Assembly (NCBI GenBank): GCA_039815185.1
Contig: JBCBZT010000077.1
Coordinates: 1 to 26,340, forward strand
Length of the DNA: 26,340 bases
Source of the DNA: Cyanobacteria bacterium P01_A01_bin.123
GTDB taxonomy: Bacteria; Cyanobacteriota; Cyanobacteriia; Phormidesmidales; Phormidesmidaceae
Direction of reading: 5' to 3'
Part shown: positions 18,590-26,340 of the stretch, one piece after another
Layout of the letters: each line of letters opens with the position of its first letter
Numbering within the stretch: position 1 is the first letter of the stretch
The notes under the pieces: generated by a model
Database searches by the model: none
What the model was told of the DNA's origin: nothing
Seen by the model: the letters and a program-made list of their open reading frames with translations, nothing else
Position numbers and translations under genes: made by a program

Positions 18590-20399
18590 AAGTTTGTTGA
18601 TAGTTCTGTTCTTTTAATTGATGGGATTGGTCTTGTTTAAGCAGTAAGGTATTTTCAAGAACCAAGCAGTCCATATCCGTGTTCATAAAACAACGGAGTG
18701 CATCGAGCGGGGTGCAGACAATAGGTTCTCCGCGAATATTGAAGGATGTATTGATTAAGACGGGACATTGGGTCTTGGCATGCCAATTTTTTAAGAGCTG
18801 ATAAATAAATGGGTTTCTTTTGGCATCGATGGTTTGCAATCGTGCCGAATAATCCACATGGGTAATGGCTGGAATGGGCGATCGCTTCTGATGCAGCTGT
18901 GCCATTCCAGAAGCAGCCGTGGTATCCACCTCATACTGCTTAGATTGAGTAATTTGCGTTGTAAACAGCATATATGGCCAATCATCAGGCTTTTCAAACC
19001 ACTCACCCGCATATTCGTCTAAAACCATGGGGGCAAACGGTCGAAAAGACTCCCGAAACTTGATCTTTAAGTTCATCCGTTTTTGCATATTGGGATCACG
19101 GGGATCCCCGATAATGCTTCTTGAGCCAAGTGCCCTAGGCCCATACTCCATCTGTCCTTGAAACAAACCAATGACTAAGGATTGCGACAGTAATTCTACT
19201 ATTTTTGAGTATAGGTCTTCTAAAGAGTAAACTGTGTAGGCAAACTGGTAAGCGTCTAAGACATAACGAATGTCCTCCAATGGAAATTTTGGGCCTAGGA
19301 ATGAACCTTTTTGGCTCTCTTGCTGGGACAGTTTGTCTACCTCAGGGAATAAGTAATAGTATGCAGCAAGTGCCGCCCCTAGCGCCCCTCCTGCATCACC
19401 TGATGCGGGCTGAATCCACATGTTGTCAATCAGCCCAGATCTGTAGATCTTGCCATTAGCAACGCAATTGAGTGCCACTCCCCCAGCCATGACTAAGTTC
19501 TTGCAACCCGTCAATTGAACTGCCTGATTAGCCATGTTCAAGACAGCTTCTTCAGTCACAACCTGAATGGATTTAGCCATATCGGCGTGGAACGGCTGTA
19601 TTTCTGATTCTGAAGAACGAATAGGCTGGTCAAAAATTTTTGACCAATCGTCTGTGATTAACCGCTCTTGAGACAATAGATTGAAATATTGATCATGGAG
19701 TTGAATCACCCCATCTGGATGAATATCTATCAGATGCTGTTTGATTAAATCGACATACTTGGGGCTGCCATAGGGGGCTAGCCCCATCACTTTATATTCA
19801 CCAGAATTAATCTTAAACCCCAAATATTGGGTCATCGCACTGTACAGCAACCCTAAGGAATGGGGATAGCGTTGCTCTTTCAGAATTTTGAGATTTGAAC
19901 CTTTGCCATAACCGATACTGGTGCATGACCATTCACCCATGGCATCAACCGTCAAAATTGCTGCTTCTGAAAACGGCGAAGGGTAGTAAGCAGATGCGGC
20001 ATGGCTTAAATGATGCTGGCTAAAGAAAATATCACCCTTAAAACCAGGAAGATTGTGCCAAATCAGATCTTCAACGAAGCATTTGCGCTGTATCCATCCA
20101 TAAATTGATTTTGTATTGCTCAGGATGCGCCACGGACGGTAGCGGAGATAGGATGCGATGATTCGATCTAGCTTGACGATCGGGTCTTCGTAGAAGGCGA
20201 CACAGGTGATATCGCCTTCATCGATGCCAGCATACTTTAGACACCAGTTAATCGCCTGGGTTGGAAAGCTGCGATCAAATTTGATCCGGGAAAATCGTTC
20301 TTCCTGAGCGGCCGCAATCAAGTCACCATCTTGGATCAAAACTGCGGCAGAATCATGGTAGTAACAGGAGATGCCTAGGATGTAACGGTTTGCCGGCAT
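18576..20399 (-). CDS. O-carbamoyltransferase, NodU/CmcH/TobZ/SxtI family
   Basis: YHDSAA, AAQEERFSRIK, HHLSHAASA, EYKVMGLAPYG, GGVALNCVANG, GDAGGA, EYGPRALGSRSI, KFRESFRPFAP, THVDYSARLQT, NTSFNIRGEPIV, terminal ELD. Confidence 0.96.
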   Translation of the reverse strand: MPANRYILGISCYYHDSAAVLIQDGDLIAAAQEERFSRIKFDRSFPTQAINWCLKYAGIDEGDITCVAFYEDPIVKLDRIIASYLRYRPWRILSNTKSIYGWIQRKCFVEDLIWHNLPGFKGDIFFSQHHLSHAASAYYPSPFSEAAILTVDAMGEWSCTSIGYGKGSNLKILKEQRYPHSLGLLYSAMTQYLGFKINSGEYKVMGLAPYGSPKYVDLIKQHLIDIHPDGVIQLHDQYFNLLSQERLITDDWSKIFDQPIRSSESEIQPFHADMAKSIQVVTEEAVLNMANQAVQLTGCKNLVMAGGVALNCVANGKIYRSGLIDNMWIQPASGDAGGALGAALAAYYYLFPEVDKLSQQESQKGSFLGPKFPLEDIRYVLDAYQFAYTVYSLEDLYSKIVELLSQSLVIGLFQGQMEYGPRALGSRSIIGDPRDPNMQKRMNLKIKFRESFRPFAPMVLDEYAGEWFEKPDDWPYMLFTTQITQSKQYEVDTTAASGMAQLHQKRSPIPAITHVDYSARLQTIDAKRNPFIYQLLKNWHAKTQCPVLINTSFNIRGEPIVCTPLDALRCFMNTDMDCLVLENTLLLKQDQSHQLKEQNYQQTYELD

Positions 20400-20491
20400 G
20401 TATTGCGTTTCAGGGATTGGGTAGCGTAATTTAACCCCAAAATGCTGACTTGGGGAATCAATACACTCTATATTAGTCGGCAGTATGTCAG

Positions 20492-22018
20492 TTATGCGCC
20501 GACAGCTTCTTTGGCCGCGTAGAGGACTTCTGCGCTAATGTCAGAAATGCCGCGATCGCGGGCGAATTTCTCAGTATTACGCTTCACTTTACCGCGGACA
20601 AAGCCAGGGATTTTGTTGAGTTCGGCCAGCCCATCTTTGGTCCAATTCAGGTCAGAGTCGGCGGAGACGCCTTTGGTGATCACTTCTTTAGTGTCATGAC
20701 CGCCAAAGATCTCTAGCAGGTGGTCTTCCATACCCAGGGTAAAGGAGTTGTAAATCAAGTCCACCAGTTGATTAGCGCCTTCATAGCCCACAAATGGGCG
20801 GTAGCCCACGGGGAAGTTTTGCACGTGAATGGGTGCGGCAATCACACCGCAAGGAATATTGAGACGTTTGCCGACATGACGCTCCATTTGGGTGCCAAAG
20901 ATGGCGGCGGGTTCTAGGCGGGCGATCGCGTCGGCGATCGCGCCGTTGTCGTCACTAATCAGCACCTCGTCACAATAATCACTCACTTGGTCTTGGAACC
21001 AGTCAGCATCGTATTTACAGTAAGTACCGGCCATCACCACGCGAATACCCATCTCTCTTGCCAGCACTTTTGTTAATGCGGCCGCATGGGTGTTATCGCC
21101 AAACACCACAGCTTTTTTGCCCGTTAGGTTTTGGCAATCGATGGAGCGCGAAAACCAAGCGGCTTGGGAGACAAATCGGGTTTGGTCGTCGATAAACTGT
21201 TCATAATCAACGTTGGCGCCTTGATCGTTGAGCAGCTTTTGAATCGTCCGAATGCAGCGGGCTGTTTCGACGATGCCCATCGGGGTGATGTCCACATAGG
21301 GCATGTCAAATTCCTGTTCTAACCAGCGGGCGGTCATACCGCCGACTTCTCGATAGGGGGCCAAGTTGAACCAGGCGCGGGGTAGGTTTTTGAGTTCTGC
21401 GACTGATGCCCCTTCTGGGATGACGGCGTTGACCTCAATACCCAAGTCGTTCATCAGCTTTTTAAGCTCGGTGCAGTCGTGGTTGTTATGGAATCCCAAC
21501 GACACGATACCGATGATATTGACCGAGGGCTTCTCAGTTTTTTCGGTGGCCAGATTGCCCTGCTTGCGAGCTTTGTTGATGTAGTGCTGAACAATTTGCT
21601 CTAAGGTGCGATCTGCGGCTTGCAGTTCATTCACGCGGTAGTGATTGACATCTGCCAGCATGACGTCGCCTTTAGATTCCATGCTGGCCCGCTCAACAAA
21701 ATTTTCCAGATCCTCTTGCAAAATGCTAGAGGTGCAAGTGGGGGTGAGCATAACCAGATCAGGGTGTTCTTCTTGGTCTTTGCGAACAATGTTGTTGACG
21801 ACTTTTTCTTGGGAGCCCCGAGCCAAGACGGTGCGATCAACAGAGCTAATGGTGACAGGGGTAAAGTTGCGATCGCGGGCCAGCATCGAACGCATGACAT
21901 TGAAATAGTCATCACCAATGGGGGCATGCATGATCGCATGGACGTTCTTAAAGGAGCTGGAAATGCGCAGCGTGCCAATATGGGCGGGGCCTGCATACAT
22001 CCAGTAAGCCAGTTTCAT
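20492..22018 (-). CDS. chlB: Light-independent protochlorophyllide reductase subunit B
   Basis: [48 protein letters not shown] and C-terminal PCP domain [22 protein letters not shown] upstream. Confidence 0.99.
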   Translation of the reverse strand: MKLAYWMYAGPAHIGTLRISSSFKNVHAIMHAPIGDDYFNVMRSMLARDRNFTPVTISSVDRTVLARGSQEKVVNNIVRKDQEEHPDLVMLTPTCTSSILQEDLENFVERASMESKGDVMLADVNHYRVNELQAADRTLEQIVQHYINKARKQGNLATEKTEKPSVNIIGIVSLGFHNNHDCTELKKLMNDLGIEVNAVIPEGASVAELKNLPRAWFNLAPYREVGGMTARWLEQEFDMPYVDITPMGIVETARCIRTIQKLLNDQGANVDYEQFIDDQTRFVSQAAWFSRSIDCQNLTGKKAVVFGDNTHAAALTKVLAREMGIRVVMAGTYCKYDADWFQDQVSDYCDEVLISDDNGAIADAIARLEPAAIFGTQMERHVGKRLNIPCGVIAAPIHVQNFPVGYRPFVGYEGANQLVDLIYNSFTLGMEDHLLEIFGGHDTKEVITKGVSADSDLNWTKDGLAELNKIPGFVRGKVKRNTEKFARDRGISDISAEVLYAAKEAVGA

Positions 22019-22061
22019 AAAAGCGTCTCCCTGTCTGAGGTTTAATCAATGAGGCGTTATA

Positions 22062-22092
22062 GCCGTAGCCACAAAGCTTTGTGCGCTACGGC
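22062..22092. repeat. Near-perfect 31-bp palindrome upstream of chlB
   Basis: GCCGTAGC-CACAAAG|CTTTGTG-C-GCTACGGC, with a single bulged base. Confidence 0.75.
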
Positions 22093-22575
22093 GAGCCAGA
22101 TTGCCTGTGTGTTGAGCATCCCAGCGATACTAGGCGCATTCAGCAATCGGGCCAGCGCTGTAAAACACGTCTTTGGATTGTCTCAGAGATGCCGATCTTG
22201 TGAAGAGATGCTGTTACGGGGCGTAAAGCGCGATCGCGGCTTTGATATCGTCGAAATCGCTTGTCTACCAACGGCTAGAGACAGTTTCTGAACGCAAAAA
22301 GACGTAGTAAATGACATGTTTCGTAGCGCTTCTTCGCACTCTGACATCTGATGTGGTTAATCTGAAGGAACTCTAATCAGGCGTAGAGCGTCTTGCAGAA
22401 GCAATACGTGGCTCAACAGTCTGGACGAACTTTAGAGAGACGATGCGTCTAGCGCGATCGCTGATTGGACAGGATCAATTTGGATACTGAATGAGGCCGT
22501 TGGGAATCTTAATAATAAGGATATCTAAGCACCTCAGGTGATAACTAGATCTAGCCCCTGTTTGAGCGACCTAAC

Positions 22576-24408
22576 GTGCTACACCCTATGACAATCCACA
22601 GACGCATTATTTATGGGTACACCCTAGTTTTGGGGTTTGCCTTAACAGGGACAATCACTGGCCTTTTCATCGGCAACCACTATCAGCAACGCGCCCTCGA
22701 GTTTCAACGTTTAGCAAGTGCTGAACGCAAGCTCCTTGGTGAATTGCAAACGCGCATCCTCCATAACCGCCCAGCCAAGCAGCTTTCACCCTATTTAGAT
22801 AGTCCCGTTCGCTTTCAAGCTGAAAGCCAAGCCCTTCTCGATCGGATTGAAGCGATTAAGGCCATCTTAAATGGACACCGTCTAATCCATGAAGAGGCTT
22901 ATATTGCGAACACCACAGCTAGTGAGGCCGGAGCAGTTGAGCAGAACGCTGCGGTCTCAGACATTGAACTTCATGTACTCCTTGACGGATACGAACTTAC
23001 CGTAGACCAGTTCAAAACTCGAACTGAGACGTTTGTGCAAGCCGTTACCGCGCTTGGTAATACACCAGAGGATTTAGAGATTGCCGAGCAGGTGTTGTTG
23101 GCGTTTGTCACAAGTCTAGAATTTGCCGCCTTCATTGAGTTTGCAGATCAGCTTGCACCTTTTATAGATGCCGTAAACCAGCAGGAGCAAGCCGCAGAGA
23201 CCGCCCTGCATCAAGCTGAAATTCTGCGGACTCAAATTATCATCGGCAGTCTGCTCATATCAGCAGCGATCGCAGTTGGGTTAGCGTTGTATACCAGTCG
23301 GGCGATCGCTCGACCCATCCAGACCGTCACCAATGTGGCTCGCCGCGTTACTGAAGAAAACAACTTTGATCTTCAAGCCCCCGTCAAGAGTTATGACGAG
23401 GTTGGTATTTTAGCGACCTCACTGAATCAACTGATTCAGCAAGTCAAACGATTGTTGACTCAGCTCGGGCAAAAAAATGCCGACTTAGAAGAGGCTCTCG
23501 AACAACTGAACCAACAACAGATGCAGCTCGTGCAAGCTGAAAAGATGTCGAGCCTGGGGCAGTTAGTGGCGGGGGTTGCCCACGAAATCAATAACCCAGT
23601 CAGCTTTATTCACGGCAATCTATCCCATGCCCAACAGTATGCGGAGGATCTGTTGAACTTTGTACAGCTGTATCAGCAGCACTATTCCAACCCAAGTGCA
23701 GAAATTCAAAGGGAAGCAGAAGAAATCGACCTGGAGTTTTTGCAGGAAGATCTGCCCAAAATGCTGAATTCGATGCGACTCGGTACGGATCGGATCCGTC
23801 AGATTGTACTGTCGCTGCGCAATTTCTCACGCATGGACGAAGCGGACTTTAAGGACGTTAACATCCATGACGGGCTCGACAGTACGCTACTGATTTTGCA
23901 GCATCGTTTGAAAGATACACCGGAGCATCCCGCTATCCAGGTGTTTAAAGATTATGGCGATTTACCGCGAGTGGATTGTTATCCTGGGCAGCTCAATCAA
24001 GTCTTTATGAATATTCTGGCCAATGCCATCGATGCATTAGAAGAAGTTAACGCCGAACAAACCTATCAAGAAATTCGAGAAAATCCTAGCCAAATCACCC
24101 TGCGGACTTCAGTCATAGAGAATCAATGGGTGCAAATCGAGATCGCTGACAATGGCCCTGGTGTACCTGAAACAGTTCAACGCCGTGTCTTTGATCCGTT
24201 TTTTACAACCAAATCGCTCGGCAAAGGGACTGGCATGGGCATGTCCATTAGCTATCAGATTATTACGGAAAAACATGGTGGCAAACTCACCTGCATCTCT
24301 ACTCCAGGTGAGGGCGCAACGTTCATCATTCAGATTCCTAGTCGACAACAAGATAATGCTTTAGGTCAAGAAGTCACTGCACCTAATCACCACAATGTTG
24401 TTTGCTAG
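22576..24408 (+). CDS. Membrane sensor histidine kinase (2 TM, HAMP, HisKA, HATPase_c)
   Basis: Two TM segments, HAMP (IARPIQTV...DEVGILATSLN), H-box AGVAHEINNP, N-box LNQVFMNILANAIDA, DNGPG, FDPFFTTK, GTGMGM. Start GTG 22576 or ATG 22588. Confidence 0.95.
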   Translation: MLHPMTIHRRIIYGYTLVLGFALTGTITGLFIGNHYQQRALEFQRLASAERKLLGELQTRILHNRPAKQLSPYLDSPVRFQAESQALLDRIEAIKAILNGHRLIHEEAYIANTTASEAGAVEQNAAVSDIELHVLLDGYELTVDQFKTRTETFVQAVTALGNTPEDLEIAEQVLLAFVTSLEFAAFIEFADQLAPFIDAVNQQEQAAETALHQAEILRTQIIIGSLLISAAIAVGLALYTSRAIARPIQTVTNVARRVTEENNFDLQAPVKSYDEVGILATSLNQLIQQVKRLLTQLGQKNADLEEALEQLNQQQMQLVQAEKMSSLGQLVAGVAHEINNPVSFIHGNLSHAQQYAEDLLNFVQLYQQHYSNPSAEIQREAEEIDLEFLQEDLPKMLNSMRLGTDRIRQIVLSLRNFSRMDEADFKDVNIHDGLDSTLLILQHRLKDTPEHPAIQVFKDYGDLPRVDCYPGQLNQVFMNILANAIDALEEVNAEQTYQEIRENPSQITLRTSVIENQWVQIEIADNGPGVPETVQRRVFDPFFTTKSLGKGTGMGMSISYQIITEKHGGKLTCISTPGEGATFIIQIPSRQQDNALGQEVTAPNHHNVVC

Positions 24409-24626
24409 CTGCTTAGAGGTATCTGTGACTTATGAGCTAGGGTATTGCGCCGCAGTTGATTCGGTTAGTTCTGTGAGATAGCCTGTTGATCAGCCATAGT
24501 AATAATCACAGGTGATGCCAACGCCGATTTGCGTGGGAATTCAAGAGAGAAATACGCAGCCTAGCCAAGCGGCTGTCAAACTCAAATGGTTAGAATACTA
24601 GGGATATCTGTAGGAGCTTACCTATC

Positions 24627-24914
24627 GTGGACATGCTGATCGCGTCTGTCTTTTTCCTGGCGATCGCGCCGGAAATGTCTGGCGAGGCTTCTCCTGCCAC
24701 CTCAACTCATCCAACCCAGACTCAAACCCAAACGGTACCCAAACCTGAAGCGACAGTAGGCCAAGCCCAAGTTACCTGCCCACCCGGTCAATTTGCTTCT
24801 GCCTTTTCCGATGTTTACCCAACAGACTGGGCATACGAAGCCGTAAACCGCTTGGCTAGCGTGCCTATTCAGTGCTTTAACTTGCCTACGGAAGAAGACG
24901 CTAGTCGCGATTAG
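24627..24914 (+). CDS. Small secreted-type protein with a partial S-layer homology (SLH) motif
   Basis: AGGAG RBS before the GTG, hydrophobic N-terminus, Thr/Gln/Pro linker, and FSDVYPTDWAYEAVNRL resembling the SLH start of cyanobacterial porins. Confidence 0.75.
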   Translation: MDMLIASVFFLAIAPEMSGEASPATSTHPTQTQTQTVPKPEATVGQAQVTCPPGQFASAFSDVYPTDWAYEAVNRLASVPIQCFNLPTEEDASRD

Positions 24915-25013
24915 TCAGCTACCGTGATGACGACTAGTACAGCAATCAAGCCTGTAATGGACTTTTGTCGCCACCATCAGCGCGATCGCTTCATGTCGCG
25001 CTAATCTCAGTCC

Positions 25014-25220
25014 TTAGCAGTTGGCAGACTTGAGGTAACGTGTATTCCACTGCTGATACTTTTTCAACAAAATTGAGGGCAGGGTTACAGGCCAAATCGC
25101 AGCGGCTAAAAGGATGAAGCCCCAATTTTTCATATCGGTCATCGAAGCGTCTGCGTCTTGGGATAAGGCATGGAGACAAATGGCGCAAACGACGGTAGCC
25201 GGTAGCAGATAGAAGATCAT
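25014..25220 (-). CDS. Small hypothetical two-TM membrane protein (68 aa)
   Basis: ATG start with two hydrophobic stretches (IFYLLPATVVCAICL, WGFILLAAAIWPVTLPSILL) and a basic tail. Confidence 0.6.
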   Translation of the reverse strand: MIFYLLPATVVCAICLHALSQDADASMTDMKNWGFILLAAAIWPVTLPSILLKKYQQWNTRYLKSANC

Positions 25221-25631
25221 AGATTCCAGCGAAGTATAGTATCAAACAATGCAAATTCAGTATGCCTTTTTCGTTCAGGAAGAGACATTGCTAGAACCAC
25301 GGGACTAGATGGATGTTTGCTGATAACAACCCGCTGTATTTTCGGTAATTTTTCTAGGTTTGAATTTGACAACCGTAATACGGTTTGGATGCAGGAAAAC
25401 CGCTACTATTCGCTCTAATCCTGCTAATTTCTGGCTTAAGCCAGTCTTGATGAGGGCAAGAGATAAATTTTTGCAGTTTTTTGATAGAAATCATCCATTT
25501 ACGCTGATTTACTTTCAGCAATGCTGCCACTTGATGGACAAGTTGCAACATCATTTCTTGAGGATGGCTTCTCTCTGCACTAACCTTGCCCTAGCCATAT
25601 CAGCGATGCTGCCCCCTTTACACCTGAAGCG

Positions 25632-26210
25632 ATGAAACGACGCACGTTAATGAATCTGGTTGCTCGTGCTGGAGGAACGACTGCTGTCTTGACTACCCTA
25701 AAAGCGATGGGCTGGTTGCCGTCCCAGGCTACGACACAACAACGCCCCGAGCTCGGGGCACAGTCTGGAAATAATGCCAGTGTGGTGATCTTGGGTGCGG
25801 GCATTGCAGGGATGACAGCAGCCTATGAGTTAGCCAAGGCAGGCTATCGTTGTCGTATTTTGGAAGCTCACGATCGCGCTGGGGGGCGCTGCTGGACGGT
25901 ACGCGGTGGCGATACGCTGTCAGAGTTTGGCCAAACGGAAACCGTGCCTTTCGATCGCGATCCGGCCCTCTACTTCAATCTTGGTCCAGCCCGTATTCCT
26001 TACCATCACACAGCATTACTGGGCTACTGCAAAGAATTTGGCGTGCCCCTAGAGGTGATTGTCAACGAAAATCGTGCCGCCTATTTTCAAGACGATGGGG
26101 CGTTTGGGGGTAGCGCTGTGCAAAATCGGCAAGTTATAAACGATAGTCGAGGCTACCTGGCTGAGCTGCTAGCCAAGGCAATTAACCGCAATGCCCTCGA
26201 ATCGGGATAG
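25632..26210 (+). pseudogene. Tat-exported flavin monoamine/L-amino-acid oxidase, interrupted after about codon 190 by a group II intron
   Basis: MKRRTLM twin-arginine signal, GAGIAG dinucleotide fold, LEAHDRAGGRCWT, NLGPARIP. Only 192 aa, much shorter than usual for this family. The stop codon lies inside the antisense intron sequence starting at 26201. Confidence 0.85.
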
Positions 26211-26340
26211 GGAGAATCCTCACGAATCCCCCCTCCCACACCACCCTGCAAGCGGGTCCGCACAGGGCGGTTCAGCATCACGGAGCAAACTCTAACCTGA
26301 GTTGTCAACTATAGCCCTGGGCTTTCATCCACAGGTCTCG
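26201..26340 (-). mobile_element. Group II intron 3' end (domains V-VI, class C-like), continuing beyond the right edge
   Basis: Minus strand reads GAACCGCCCTGTGCGGACCCGCTTGCAGGGTGGTGT (domain V, about 26273-26238, CGC triad), then the GGGAGGGGGGATTCGTGAGGATTCTCCCTATCCCGAT hairpin (domain VI, bulged A at 26208, terminal AT fitting the AY consensus). Confidence 0.93.
26305..26340 (-). CDS. C-terminal 11 residues of the putative intron-encoded reverse transcriptase/maturase
   Basis: Open frame RDLWMKAQGYS* ending about 30 nt before domain V, the expected place for the intron ORF stop. Too short to confirm alone. Confidence 0.6.
   Translation of the reverse strand, partial: RDLWMKAQGYS

Larger units (their letters stand above)
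1028..24989. repeat. Dispersed HIP1 octamers (GCGATCGC)
   Basis: More than 25 copies counted by eye, for example at 1028, 9128, 18878 and several inside chlB. Characteristic of cyanobacteria. Confidence 0.9.

Noticed and set aside
17229..20399. Saxitoxin biosynthesis cluster
   Set aside because: Only sxtI/J/L-like family members are present. There is no sxtA, sxtG, sxtB or other core gene, and the flanks are housekeeping genes.
22049..22291. 80-aa plus-strand ORF upstream of chlB
   Set aside because: It lies across the expected chlB promoter/UTR, includes a palindrome and has no recognisable features.
25354..25635. 66-aa and 91-aa ORFs upstream of the oxidase
   Set aside because: AT-rich promoter-like region with mutually overlapping frames, no clear RBS and no motif.
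26201..26273. Simple rho-independent terminator after a complete 192-aa gene
   Set aside because: The hairpins match group II intron domains V and VI on the minus strand, lack a U-tail, and the upstream protein is clearly incomplete.
1..26340. CRISPR array, tRNA/rRNA genes, transposases or prophage genes
   Set aside because: No regularly spaced repeat-spacer pattern, cloverleaf or rRNA-like stretch, or transposase/phage motifs were seen. The short repeats found are two-copy tandem duplications.

Overview
Cyanobacterial chromosomal window, judged from frequent HIP1 GCGATCGC octamers and photosynthesis genes (chlB, psb29, bilin lyases). Most of it is housekeeping or accessory: the 5' part of mrp, an SRPBCC protein, hemF, a STAS protein, a CpcT-like lyase, psb29, a lipoprotein, a prolyl oligopeptidase, two small hypotheticals, an MscS-family channel, mdh, the RDD-rpmG-rpsR-rnb run, two divergent CpcS-like lyases, chlB, an orphan HAMP histidine kinase and a mini SLH protein. 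Two things stand out. (1) At the right edge is the 3' end of a group II intron on the minus strand (domains V and VI, class C-like CGC triad, last 11 codons of its protein). It sits antisense in a Tat-exported flavin amine oxidase gene and truncates it. The ORF track does not show this. (2) A three-gene cassette (O-carbamoyltransferase, 100-aa membrane protein, SGNH hydrolase) recalls sxtI-sxtJ/K-sxtL of the saxitoxin cluster but has no core toxin genes, and appears to be inserted between a lyase gene and chlB. Smaller signals are two exact NtcA-type boxes, an HLR1-like repeat, a perfect 36-bp HIP1-centred palindrome and several 15-18 bp tandem duplications at gene ends. All product calls come from motif recognition by eye, not database searches.
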